Assembly (NCBI GenBank): GCA_951406725.2
Contig: OX597825.1
Coordinates: 14,694,001-14,758,000 of the forward strand
Direction: 5' to 3'
Source: Octopus vulgaris
Taxonomy: Eukaryota
DNA: 64,000 bases
Position numbers and translations under genes: made by a program. The first letter of the stretch is position 1. Every line of letters begins with the position of its first letter. Positions 1-12,815 of this stretch are shown piece after piece. The notes beneath the pieces are model-generated. The model did no database searches. It had not been told where the DNA came from and saw only the letters and a list, made by a program, of their open reading frames with translations.

Positions 1-160
1 ATGATGATGGTGATGAAGACGATGAAGGAGAAGAAGAAGACGATGGAAGGGAAGATGATGATGATGAAGTAGACGATGAAATAGAAGAAGAAGAAGATAA
101 AGAAGAAGTAGAAAAAGACGAAGAAGAAGAACAACAACAATGACAACAGCAGCAAGAAGA
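1..160. repeat. Purine-rich trinucleotide low-complexity tract (GAT/GAA/CAA)
   Basis: Direct reading of imperfect (GAT)n, (GAA)n and (CAA)n runs. Confidence 0.9.
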
Positions 161-651
161 AATGTGTATGGATGGTGTAGGAAAAGATAAAGACAGATGT
201 GAAAGTCAGTAATTGAATATTAGTCTTGTATAGTGAATGGCATTGTTAAAGCTGGAGAAGAGATACTCGAAAGTCATAAATAACCGCCAGCGGTGATTAT
301 AAGAACCCCTGCCAGGAGCTAAAGCAAAGTCGGTAGGTGGACAAAGTTAATTAAAAGACAAGAAAATCTGTTTGTATTGTATCAGTCACCAAGAACCAGC
401 TTTGCTTTCTTTTGGTATTATTTAAGCAAGTTTATCTCACGTTTTTGTTTCCGAAGCAACGTTTGTAGTAACATCTTGGGATATTTCATTTAATTATTCA
501 TTTGATTGCATTTTAATAATTATCTTTACTTAATCCTAAAGTTTTATACGAGGTCCACGTTATTTTCATAAATGAATTTATAGCTTCTTATTTTAGTTGC
601 TGTAATAACGAATTGATTTATCACATAAGCAATTGCACATTTGGTAGGTAC

Positions 652-654
<3 letters not shown>

Positions 655-738
<84 letters not shown>
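655..738. repeat. (TA)n microsatellite, one of dozens of TA/TG/TATG/TATC tracts in the window
   Basis: Perfect dinucleotide run. Confidence 0.95.
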
Positions 739-743
<5 letters not shown>

Positions 744-971
744 ATGAGGGTGAAAAATTGATATTAATTTTACCATTAATTTAACAAGTGGCTTAGCACA
801 AAAAACTAGGGAGAAAATACAAATTTATACATAAATTATTAGAGAGTTACCACTATGTGGATAGCTCTATTGCTAAAAATAGCTCCGATAGTATAGCCAC
901 AGAAAAGATGTTTCCAAGTAGAAATAACATTACATTTAACGGAAGGAAAGTGAAACATAACGAATAAATAG

Positions 972-1006
<35 letters not shown>

Positions 1007-1159
1007 GGACATTTCATCCTTTCATCCTATGTAATTACCTTTGGAAATAATGTCTAATTATTGCAAAAATAAAACGAATTTTACTTCTTTTGATTTGGCA
1101 TTCACTTCTTAAACGTAATTATTTCCAGAGTGCCATCAGCAGGTCGACCTTGCTCGGAT

Positions 1160-1860
1160 ATTCTTAACCCACGCACGCTCTCCGTCTCGGGTCAACATTA
1201 GTTGGTGGATGCCTTCAGAGAAGCTTCTTGTATCTCTAGTAGCTTTATCTACATACGTTGTGGTCGGATATCTAGCTCGGGTACGGCCATTGATTGGCAT
1301 CCACTACAGTAGGTTACTTGCCAGCTTTTGGTTAGCTCGTCAACAATGACCCGCAAAGCGCAAGCGCTCTTCTCATATAGAGGTGGAAGAGGGTTTCTTG
1401 GTGGGATGAGCTCCCCATGTATGTTTGAGACTGTTCCTGATATTAGAGTGTAAGTTCTATTCTAGGTTGGATTCCAGTCTTTTGTTAAGTGTCCTGGCTG
1501 TTGCTCCATATAAATGGAGAAAACATTACTCTTAAGGTTGTCTGACAGGATTAATTTCCTAACAACATCCATGTTCTAAGGCCAACAATACTTTGACTGT
1601 CCAAGTTTTTGCAACCTATTCAGTTGTGTCTATCTCAGAACTAAAGTATGTGAAATCCTCAACACGATGGATGGGATATCAGCTGATGTCGGTGATGGAT
1701 CATTCTTGATTCCAATCAATGAATTTAATTTTACTAGGATTAACAAGTAGTCCGCCATTATATGGAGCTAATTCTAGGCTTTGAAGTAATTGGCTGGATT
1801 TTCAAGTTGTGTAAGAGAGCAAGGCTAAACCATCAGCATAGACTACATCCATTATGTTTT
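1160..1860 (-). pseudogene. Decayed RTE-type LINE, 3' part of reverse transcriptase ORF
   Basis: Manual translation of the minus strand gives MDVVYADGLALLS..SQLLQSLE..GLLVNPSK (YADD motif decayed to YADG, about 1830-1850), RVEDFTYFSS, and RLRFAGHC*RANQKLASNLL*WMP..TYVD..RD. These are collinear with the RTE ORF at 19294-20631 and contain stops. Confidence 0.8.
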
Positions 1861-2142
1861 TGAACTGGATGACCATTTCACTAAGTATGAATCCAAATGT
1901 AATGTTATATAATAAGGAGAACAATTGTGAAGACCTCTGTGTGAACTATACAAGTCATCGTAATTTCACTATCGTTCCTCATATATTTACAGCAAGTTAG
2001 TAGTATTTTACGAGTATGATTGCTTTGTTTTTCCTGAATTCTCTTTTCTTACACGTTGGAGTTTTCCCTTTTTTTTGTTTGTTTGTTTGTGTGATATAAA
2101 TTAATAAATGGTATTAGCGTGGGTTTAATATTAAGGTTTCTA

Positions 2143-2595
2143 TAAGGCGGCGAGCTGGAGCTGGCTGAAACGTTACCACGCCTGGTGAAATGCTTATCGG
2201 TATTTGGTCTGGCAGAAACGTTAGCGCGCCAGGCGAAATGCTTAGCGGTATTTCGTCTGCCATTACGTTGTGAGTTCAAACTCCGCCGAGGTCGACTTTA
2301 CCTTTCATCCTTTCGGAGTCGATAAATTAAGTACCAGTTATGACACTGGGGTCGATATAATCGACTTAATACCTATGTCTGTCCATGTTTGTCCCCTCTA
2401 TGTTTAGCCCTTTGTGGGTAATAAAGAAATAGGTATTTGGTCTGTCTATATGCTCGGAGTACAAATTCCGCCGAGGTTGACTTTGCTTTTCATCCTATTG
2501 GGGTCGATAAATTAAGTACCAATTGCGTACTGGGGTCAATCTCATTTGACTGGCCACCTCCCCCAAAATTTCGCGCCGTGTACCTACAGTAGGAA
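2143..2595 (+). mobile_element. tRNA-derived SINE family A with internally duplicated core
   Basis: Head aggcggcgagctgg, B-box-like gagttcaaa and core gccgaggtcgactttgcctttcatcctttcggggtcgataaattaagtaccag present twice; many paralogues in the window. Confidence 0.85.
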
Positions 2596-3529
2596 ACAAT
2601 ATTAATGTTTCTATAGAAATTTCGCTTATAGCATTTTATGGCGTCGTTGAAAAACGTTCTCATAGAAATTGGAAAAAGACAGACCTGAAGCAGAAGCAAA
2701 ATAGGAAGTGATTGTCAATGATGATGTCAAGAATGGCGACGACAGGACTTTGTCAAGCATAATTGATTTTGTTGATTTACAGAACGGTTAATCATACTGT
2801 TGATTATTTAATTAGTTAAATAACCAATTGACAATAACTAACAACGACGTGAAATAGATCCAGCGCGTGTGTTGTTATTCAATATCAAGACCATACTCTA
2901 GAGATATAACAAAGCATGTTTCAACGAACGTAACCCTATTATGAATCTTGCAAAATAAATACAAAGTCGAACAATTTTATATATATATATATAGGAGATG
3001 TACTCGCATAGCAAGTGATTTGATCTGAGATCGTGTGCTGGAACGAAAACAATTGCAGCGTGGAAGGTGTTTGTAAGCCATTTAAGAATCACACAAAAGC
3101 CGTTCGATTCACTTCAACATTTAAGTTTAATTTGTCAAGATTTTATGCTTTAACCTTTCTCTTTATTCAATTATAATTTTTCCAATTATAATTATTTTTC
3201 TGCATACATTGTCAAAGTTAACTAATTACTATGTCCAAGACATTAACCTTAGTCGCTTTAAAATTGCAACAAGTAATAGATTGAGAAAATTTGCATATTA
3301 TTTCATTATTCATGTGGTTTTCCTACACATTCGTTTCGTTCCTGTAATGTCTTTATATTTCATTTGTTTCTGTCATTGGAGAATGTTCATGCTGTAGCAC
3401 AGCCGTGACGAATTTTTAGTCAAACTAAATACACCAACAGTGACTGCGAAGCGGTGAGGCGTAACAAACATACATACATACATACGCACATACACATACA
3501 TACACAAATATGCATATCTTTCAGTATGT

Positions 3530-3740
3530 GACCTCGTATGTAGCACTGGCGATTTTTTTCCTCTGTCTTCCCTTCTCGGGATCTTTCCTTCTCCTATGTT
3601 TCCGACGAAGAGCACCGCTCGAAACGTTAAACCTTCCTTCTTCCCTTCTTTCCTTAGCGTCCAATAATACTTTATTTGTTCCACGTCCTTGCGTTGTTGT
3701 ATTCTTTTGTTTTTGTTTACTTGTTTGGATTAACTATACA
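3530..3740 (+). mobile_element. Penelope-like pLTR remnant containing a hammerhead-like motif
   Basis: Pyrimidine-rich unique segment between microsatellites, with a hammerhead motif at 3598-3632; family assignment is inference. Confidence 0.5.
3598..3632 (+). ncRNA. Minimal type-I hammerhead ribozyme motif (core variant CCGACGA)
   Basis: gttt-CCGACGA-a-gagc-acc-gctc-GAAAC-GTT-aaac: stem I gttt/aaac, stem II gagc/gctc, palindromic ACGT stem III, GUU triplet; U4 is mutated to C. Confidence 0.6.
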
Positions 3741-3743
3741 CAC

Positions 3744-3800
<57 letters not shown>

Positions 3801-3802
<2 letters not shown>

Positions 3803-4113
3803 GAGATGAACAATTCTATACATTATTTACATTTGACGGATATTTGTCCTCATCCTGTTTGTTGTTAACACACGGGCATATGGCGTAGTGGTTAAAAGCG
3901 CGGGCTACTAACCCCAGGATTCCGAGTTCGACTGCAGGCAGAGACCTGAATAATAATAAGGAATAATAATAATAGCATAGATAAATACTTCAGGAATGGG
4001 AACCCTGGTTCGAAATTTCCCCAAGACACCTGATGAAGGATGGAGGGCATATCAACCAAAACGTTCTGTTAACATCAAAGATGAGGACAAATATCCGTCT
4101 AATGTAAATAGTA
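3801..4113 (+). mobile_element. tRNA-headed SINE-like element with 3' hammerhead (family H) and an inverted copy of its 3' end upstream
   Basis: 3874-3940 is a tRNA-like head (A box tggcgtagtgg, B box gagttcgac), followed by an (AAT) linker and a degenerate hammerhead at 4025-4070 (CTGATGA intact, GAAA mutated to AAAA). 3801-3872 is the reverse complement of the 3' tail. Homologous to 29300-29828. Confidence 0.75.
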
Positions 4114-4155
4114 CACACACACGCACATACACACACACATACATACATACATACA

Positions 4156-4240
<85 letters not shown>

Positions 4241-4441
4241 GACAAGATTTCAATTGGCGTTTGGTATATCCACGAGAAAATGTTTTAATTGTTTTGTGGT
4301 TATAGTAGAAGACGATAGACCAATGTTCCACAGAGTGGAAATGAACCTGAAAACACGTGGCTGAGTATCAAACTTCAGACCGCAAAACCTTGCCTGCGCC
4401 TATGTAGACACACACACACACACACATACGATAGATAGATA

Positions 4442-4486
<45 letters not shown>

Positions 4487-4526
4487 CGATAGATGGATAC
4501 ATAGATAGATAGATAGATAGATAGAA

Positions 4527-4574
<48 letters not shown>

Positions 4575-4577
<3 letters not shown>

Positions 4578-4975
4578 CAAAAATGGGACAAGAACGCAAA
4601 ACATCTAGACAGTAGGTGATACAAAAAAGGAACAACAAAACATCCAGACAGACGATACAATGAAAACAAGGACGGATCATTCGGAGTTTTCGTTCCTCTG
4701 TCGAATTCCAGATAATCTTTGCAATTTCGGCTGGTTATATTCGAGATCGCTCCAACCTGGCCAGCCCCAAGGGAAATCTAAGAGCATTAGATTCCATAGA
4801 AGAAAACTGGGAATGTATACGAAAACAACGACGGAAAAAAACGGAGAATGTTACACAAATATAAACTCAAGTAACAGGACATAACAACAGGTGTCTTTCG
4901 ACTAAGGACGAATTAAATTAAGCTGGCATGTGTGGAAGTAACGCCTTATGGCAGGAACATGCTGAGGCATTCGGC
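4575..4975 (-). mobile_element. Unclassified interspersed repeat next to (TA)n, possibly a Penelope pLTR remnant
   Basis: Strand-biased unique segment with an internal duplication (aaaacatc.agacag twice) and a ggctgg/ccagcc stem adjacent to GAAA on the minus strand. Confidence 0.3.
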
Positions 4976-6957
4976 CTGCAGTGGACTGGACTAGGGCAAT
5001 CCCAAATCCAGTCGAATCCTACCACTTAAGGTTCACAAGTTCGAAAGAAAAATAAGAAAAGATGTTTTAAATTTCTTTTTTTTATTTCTCCCGGCAGAAC
5101 ACATATCGTAAGGATGTAAGACAAAATAACATAATAAATGTCTATGCCGATTGGCATCGTTATAATTCGATCATAATTACTGAAGTGAAAGCTTGTTGGC
5201 TACGTTCAGAGCAATGCCAGTCTGCAAAATACTTTTAGTTCTCATTTCACATATCGGCATAGCATTCTACCATTATAAATGACATTACGAATGACATTAT
5301 CTAGCTTCAGTTACATTTCTAATATTTATAGAAAATCCTGAAGCTTACGAATAGCAGAATGAAATCACCCGCGAAAATGCAGTTATCATGAGATTACAAT
5401 ATATTAAGATTAAAGTAATAAATCAAACAGTGGTAAATCTAATATATTTACTTTAATAAATATTGATATTTGTTTAATGACTCTTCTAATCATATAAGAG
5501 CTGAATCTTTCAAATAGCAAGACCACCATATAAGCTGTCGGTTTCCACTACATTGATTTGAAATAACGATTTACTCACAACTCTAAGCATAAGTAAAGTA
5601 TACGTGAGGATACGATATTTGGCTATGAGTTATTATACCTTAAGTTCTAAACTACCGAACAGTTTTCATCTGAATTTAATAATGATAGTTAAGACCATGT
5701 ATTTCAATTATCTTTACCGTTCATCTTGTTTCAGTCGTTGGACACAGGTCATGCTGGGGCATGGCATTGAATGGTTTTGTCGAAAAATCGTCTCAAGAAC
5801 TTGTGCTTTTAGGGTTTCTTACTTATTCTATCGGTCTTTTAACTCAACTACGAAGTGATGAGGAAATAAAAACAGCTTTTTTAAAAATTACTTTTGTAAT
5901 ATAATGGGTTTTATATCCAAGTGTAGGGTGGTGGGCGGACAGAATTATTAATACACCAGACTAAATACCTGACGGCATTTAATCTGTCTTTCGACGAGGT
6001 TGACTTTGTCTTTCATCCTTTCGGGGTCGATTCACTAAGTACCATTTCATTACTATGTTCAATGTCATAGAATTACCCCTTAACTAAAATTCCTGCCCTA
6101 GGGCCAAAATTTTAAACTAATATATCGAAGTATAATTATATATTTGACATCCATGTATAATTATGTGTTTGACGAAGCTAAACAGCAGTTATAATTAGTC
6201 ACTGAAGTTCAAAATGTAAATAATACATTTTTCTTTATTTCGTACTGAAATTTAGGAGTTAAGCAGAGGCCCTGACTATTTTACGAGCCAGCGGAAGGAG
6301 GAAGGAATTTAACTTCAGTGTGGATACCTGGCGTGAGAATCTGCAATATTAAATACACCCGTAATGTATGTACTGATCTGAAATTCGATGACAGCTTAAA
6401 TCCACCCTTCTGGAAATTATCTGTTGCAACAATGAGAATAACTATGAGGATTTAGTAGCGGATTACATCTACTTATGACTTTCCTGGCAACTACCCATTC
6501 ACAGCTTTGCAAATATTAATTTGCTCTTTACTTAAATATCTTCAATAGCTTTAGATTACAAGATTGAGGACGACAATCTAAGAAATCTCAAGTGATAGCT
6601 ATATCGGATACAATCCCTGTACATGCGATAATGTTTTTAAAACACATACGAAAACATATTAATATATTCACTTGCCTGGTTTTCTCCCTAGGGTCATTTT
6701 ACACGTTAACGCAAATTGATAGCATATTTGTCTAACCCAGCTGCGATGCAGATCTCCCCTCTTGTCATCCATATTGTTCATATATTACATTTGTCCTTCG
6801 AATATCTCTGTTGAACTGCTCCATTTGAGTTTTAAGTTTTCATTCCATTGATCTTTGTCCATTCATTTTTTCCTTGCACTTTAATGCTAAGGATTTCTAC
6901 TGCATTCGATATTGCGCAATGTACGATGTCAATTAGATGCGTTATATATTCAACATG

Positions 6958-7298
6958 TGAAGGTGCATGGCTCAGTGGTTAGAGCGTCGAGCTTACGATC
7001 GTGAAGTTGTGAGCTCGAATCCTGGACCGGGCTCCATGTTGTGTTCTTGAGCAAGGCACTTTATTTCACGTTGTTCCAGTTCACTCAGCTGTAGAAATGA
7101 GTTGCGACGTCACGGGTGCCAAGCTGTATCGGCCCCTTTGCCTTTCCCTTAGATAACACTGGTGGCGTGGAGAGGGGAGGCCGGTATGCCTGGGCGACTG
7201 CTGGTCTTCCATAAAACCACCTTGCCCAGACTTGTGACTAGGAGGGTAACTTTCTAGGTGCAATCCATGGTCAGTGTCGTGACCGAAGTGGGTCCCAG
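6958..7298 (+). mobile_element. tRNA-derived SINE family C, full length
   Basis: A box tggctcagtgg, B-box-like gctcgaatcc; 12-bp TSD atattcaacatg (6946-6957 and 7299-7310); paralogue at 22.9 kb. Confidence 0.9.
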
Positions 7299-7479
7299 AT
7301 ATTCAACATGAACGTATAACACATCTAATTTTGCTCATTTTCGACTCCTCTCAACGTTTTTTTTTGTATTCGCACATGTTTCAAGATTCTTTAATAGATT
7401 CATAAAAGTCGGCGCCTAACCAAAACTGAAGGAATTAGGGAAGTGAGTGGGGAAAGAAAAAGTATAGAGAGAGCCAACA

Positions 7480-7738
7480 AGCCTCAGTACGAGATGGTTA
7501 CTTTATTTATCGACTAGAAAATGGAGAAATACCGCCAAGCATTTCACCCGGCGTGCTAACGTTTCTTATTTCTTTATTGCTCACAAGGGGCTAAACACAG
7601 AGAGGACAAACAACGACAGACAAAAGGGATTAAGTCGATTACCTCGACGCCAGTACGTAACTGGTACTTAAGTTATCGACCCCTAAATGATGAAAGACAA
7701 AGTCGACCTCGGCGGAATTTGACCTCAGAGCGTAACGT
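7480..7738 (-). mobile_element. SINE family A (left arm of a local inverted duplication)
   Basis: Reverse complement of family A core and tail. Confidence 0.85.
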
Positions 7739-7757
7739 GTGTGTGTGTGTGTCGTGT

Positions 7758-7788
<31 letters not shown>

Positions 7789-9070
7789 GGGAGGGAAACA
7801 ATTATATACATATATAACTATATATGTTTGTATATTAGATATGTGTGTACATACATGCATAAACGTCTATGTATACTCATGTGTGTGTCTGTGTTTCCCA
7901 ATCAGAGTGATTGCGCTCGTGTAATTTTAAGTGTGCAAAACTAAACGTGAAAAATACCATTCATTAGTTGTGTATACGTTATTCTTTGAGATTTCACCGC
8001 TAAAAATTATGTTGCCCGTAAGGTATGAGCCATTGATTGGAAATTATCGCTAGGATAAAAGACGGAGCATTTTACGATATCTTCCAACTGAACATAGAAT
8101 GAATAGCGTATATAACGATCCAAACGACAAACTATAAACGAAAAAATTATGTTACGCTTTATCTGATGCCAACTGGCAAAGCATGCGATATTTTACTGCC
8201 AACTATCGTTCCATTGTCGCTTTATCATCACATTCGCAGGCAATATTATGAAACAAGCGAAAGGGATAATTGAATTTAGTCTTGGCACATGTAGACTTTA
8301 ATGTATAAGCAAAGGTACAGTTTATTAAATTGACTCCTTTGTACTATTGCGACTTTTATTATTGATCAGGTCAATCTTGGAAGGATTTGAATAGACACCA
8401 TCGAGCATCGTATTTGATAATGAAATACCTGTGGAATAAAACAGGAGAATTCGATAAATTGTGTAAGAATGTACTGCAAAATTTATATATGTAAACCAAA
8501 AGCAGGTACTTGATAAGAGAGGATAATCTATCAAATGTATTTATGTAAATAACCTAAGAGAAGAGAGCAAGTACTGTCCTCACAACGACCAAAGGAAATA
8601 TAAATAATACAAAAATTATATGACGAAAACATAAAACCAATCGTTTCCCTCAAAATGTCTGTATACTTAAAAATATATCTTTACAAAATATGCATTTTAT
8701 GTAAGATATACACTGCGTATCTGGCATGGGTTGTGAACGGGGATAAATATTAACGTACTATATTTCTAAAACTTTAGAGATACTAATTTATCATACTTCA
8801 ATGGTTTATCCATTTATAGAGATTCTCTTGGAAGAAATATGATTATAGTAACGTTTGACAATCACTAGTTCTGCCTATTTATCTGTATATTTATATATCT
8901 ATTTCTGCTTTTTTTCTGACTGATACTCTGTATGTTTGTGCGTTTATGCATGTATCTACACACATAACTAATATACAAACATATATAGTTATATATGTAT
9001 ATAATTGTTTCCCCCCTCTCTTTCTCTCGCTCTCTCTCTACACACATACACACGAACACACACACACACA

Positions 9071-9442
9071 CGTTAGGCTCTGGGCTCAAATTCCGCCGAG
9101 GTCGACTTTGTCTTTCATCCTTTCGGGGGTCAATAACTTAAGTACCAGTTACGTACTGGTGTCGAGGTAATCGACTTAATCCCTTTTGTCTGTCGTTGTT
9201 TTCCTCTCTGTGTTTAGCCCCTTGTGAGCAATAAAAAAATAAGAAACGTTAGCACGCTGTGTGAAATGCTTGGCGGTATTTCGTCCGTCTTCTCGCTCTG
9301 AGTTCAAATTTCCCTGAGATCAAACTTTACCTATAATTCTTTCGGGATCAACAAAAGAAGTACCAGTTGAGTACTGAGGTTGATGGAATCGACTTACCCA
9401 TTTCCTTGAAATTTCTGGCCTTGTGACAAAATTTCAAATCAA
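9071..9442 (+). mobile_element. SINE family A multimer (includes right arm of the inverted duplication)
   Basis: Core, tail, re-entry into head (agaaacgttagc), second core and terminal tail. Confidence 0.85.
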
Positions 9443-9844
9443 TATGTATACGTGGAATAGTAAGCGGATAAAGATGGCCGAACTATTACAACGCATAAAT
9501 TCTATTGTTGACTGCTCCTCCTCTGTTCTTGTTGTAATTTAAGAAGTGATATCTATCTGTATCATGTACAGTCAACTAGCTGCTTCCCATCATATTTATA
9601 AGCATTCGTTTGTGTATGCCATTTTGTGTGTCTATATGTACGTATAAATACTGATACATACGTATACATACACATACTCACATATAGATATATGTGCGAG
9701 TATGCGTGCGATTGTAGAAAAGTGCACACCGACATACGTACACTCGCTCGCAAAAAAACATGCACAAACATAATTATATATGTATGTACGCATATAAATC
9801 AGCGTACATTGATTATAAACATACAACCATTACAATACAAACGG

Positions 9845-9918
<74 letters not shown>

Positions 9919-10022
9919 TCGATATATGTTTGTTTAACGATTTTGTGGTGCATCGATAAAATATCCAGTGAATTTTGTAAAAAGATGTTTAGTGGAGAAA
10001 AAAATATATATAAATAAATAAA

Positions 10023-10124
<102 letters not shown>

Positions 10125-10126
10125 GT

Positions 10127-10246
<120 letters not shown>

Positions 10247-10611
10247 AATTACCCAACAAAGCTAGATATAAGTATATAGAATCTACAATAATATTCTCTA
10301 TTCACAATGCTATTAAGTGTCCAAATATTCTATGGAAGGCCCAAAGGGCAAGAAAAATCAATATGTTGGAGTGAGCGGCGTATAATTATATTGTAAAGAA
10401 CAAGAAACAAAGGAGTCTACTGCAAAAAGAAAAGTAAACTCGAAAAAACCCTTGCGCATAAGAGTAACAATTGAATTTCTCAGGAGAGAAATTTTAATTT
10501 ATAACAAGGAATTATATATTATGTATGTCATATATTGCATTTATAAATCTTTTGTTTGTTGATTGAGATATTGTTGTAGTTGTTGTTGTTGGTTTTTCGA
10601 TGAATATATTT

Positions 10612-10662
<51 letters not shown>

Positions 10663-11096
10663 GTATACGTATATGAACACACACACAAATGCAAATAAAT
10701 CCGTATTCATATGCATATATACTAGTGTGTAGAATTATATACGAGTGAGAACAGAAACGAAAAAAAGGTGCCGAACACGTTTAGTAGAATTTACATCTAT
10801 TATATAAAGCAGGTTGATTCGGTTCAATCCAACTTAAAGGTTCTCGTGCCTCTAACACATACCTGTCTCTTAAATTCAGTATTCAAATAATGAGGACACG
10901 GTCTTCGGTATAAGGCCTGAGAATCTGTATGTCGCAAGAGTAGCCCATAGAATAAGTACTAGGCTTACAAAGAGTAAGTCCTGGGGTCCATTTGATTGAC
11001 TAAAACAGCGTTGCCCCAACATAGCCGCAATCAGATAACCGAAACAAGTAAAAGAATCAAAGAATATTGAACCAGTATTTCCTTGGAGGTAACCAT

Positions 11097-11128
<32 letters not shown>

Positions 11129-11409
11129 AGGCATACCTCCCAACCACATATATAAACACACATACATATAATCCTGCTATCCTCCATTCTCTGCACCAAT
11201 ATATGCATAAGCAGAATGTAGAACGTGAAAGGTGGTAGGATTGAATAGTACAGCGCGATTCATCTATATATATATATAGAACCGGTTCGAACAGCTTCCC
11301 TTACGAGGAACCAACAAACGTGATAACAATAGTTAAACAGAAATAATAATAACAACAAACATTACGGTAAACCAAAAAGCAGTACTCTGTTGAAGATATA
11401 GGCATTTAT

Positions 11410-12815
11410 GGGCCGGACCGGTCGGTTCCATTCGAACAGGTCCGATCCGAACCGGTTCGCACCAGTCCGGTTCGAACCTGACCGAATCAAACCGGACCAA
11501 ACCTGACAGGACCGAACCGGATCGAACCAAACCGGACCAAACCAAACCGAACCAAACCGGACCGATCCAAACTGAACCAAGTCAGACCAAACTGGTTGAA
11601 ACAGGATCAAACCACCCCAAACCGGTTCAAATCGGATCAAACAGGTTCGAACTGGTCCAACCGGTTCAGACCGGTTCAAACCGGTTCAAACCGGTTCAAA
11701 CCAGTTCAAACCGGGTCAATCCGGTTGAAACCGGTTCAAACCGGTTCAAACCGGTTCAATCCGGTTCTAATCGGTTCAAACCGGTTCAGACCAAATCAGA
11801 CCAAACCGGTTCGAAATGGATCAAACCGGTTCAAACAGGTACAAACGGTACAAACCGGTTCAAACCGGTTCATTCCTGTTCAAACCGGTTCAAACGGGTT
11901 AAATCCGGTTCAACCGGTTCAATCCGGTTTAAACTGGTTCAAACAGGTTCAATCCGGTAAAGGTCACAAAATATTGGTCCAAACCGGACCAAACAGGACC
12001 GATAGAAACCGAACGAAATGAGACCTAACTGAACCAAACCATTGCAAATTGGATCAAACCGGTACGAACCGGATCAAACCGGTCCGACCGGTTCAAACCG
12101 GTTCAATCCGGTTCAAACCGGTTTAAACTGGATTAAACCGGTTCATACCGGATCAAACCGGTCCAAAATAAATATTGGTCCAAACCTGACCAAACCGGTT
12201 CAAGCCGGATCAAACCGGTTTGCACTGGATTGATCAAATTTGAACCGGTTTGGTCCGGTTTGAACCGGTTTGGTCCGGATTGAACCGGTTTGATCCAGTG
12301 TAAATGCGTTTGGTTCGGTTTGGTCTGATTTGGTTCGGTTTGGATCGGTCCGATTTGGTCTGATTTGGACCAATATTTAGTGACCGTTTGAACCGGTTTG
12401 AACTGTTTTGATCCGGTTGGACCCGTTTGATCCGGTTTGAACCGTTTTGGTCCGGTTTTGGGCGGTTTGTTCTTGCACAAACTGGTTCAATTGAACCGGT
12501 TTGGCCCAGTTTGAACCGGATTGAACCGGTTCGAACCGGTTTGATCCGGTTTGGGGCGGTTTGGTCCGGTTTGGACTTATATTTTTTTACCTTCACTTTC
12601 CTTTAAAAATTGGAACGAACTTTCCGGACAACCCAGTAAAAACATAACGGATTGAACCGGTTTGAACTGGATTGAACCGATTTGGACCGGTTTGACCCTG
12701 TTCGAACCGGTTTGATCTGGTCTACGGTGATTTGATCCTGTTTGAACCGGTTTGGTCTGATTTGGTTCGGCTTGGATCGGTCCGGTTTGGTTCGGTTTGG
12801 TCTGGTTTGGTTCGA
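11410..12815. repeat. AACCG / AACCGGTTCA 5-10-mer satellite-like array with a polarity switch near 12235
   Basis: aaaccggttca-type units to about 12233, then complementary ggtttggtcc/tgaaccggttt units; marker aaatattggtccaaa (about 11969 and 12171) is inverted at about 12364. Confidence 0.9.
12575..12638 (-). mobile_element. Isolated mariner-like terminal inverted repeat
   Basis: Minus strand reads TActgggttgtccggaaagttcgttccaattttt, resembling mariner TIRs (TAttgggttggccaaaaagttcgttc type); no partner end found. Confidence 0.5.

Noticed and set aside
3874-3945. tRNA gene (also the heads at 6960, 22900 and 44137)
   Set aside because: No complete acceptor stem or terminator, and each continues into a repeated body, so these are SINE heads
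4680-4780. Two hammerhead-like stretches on the minus strand
   Set aside because: One lacks CUGANGA and NUH, the other lacks stem II and a registered stem I; too degenerate to call
11596-12596. Repetitive ORFs (GSNRFKPVQT)n
   Set aside because: By-product of the 10-bp DNA repeat, open in several frames on both strands
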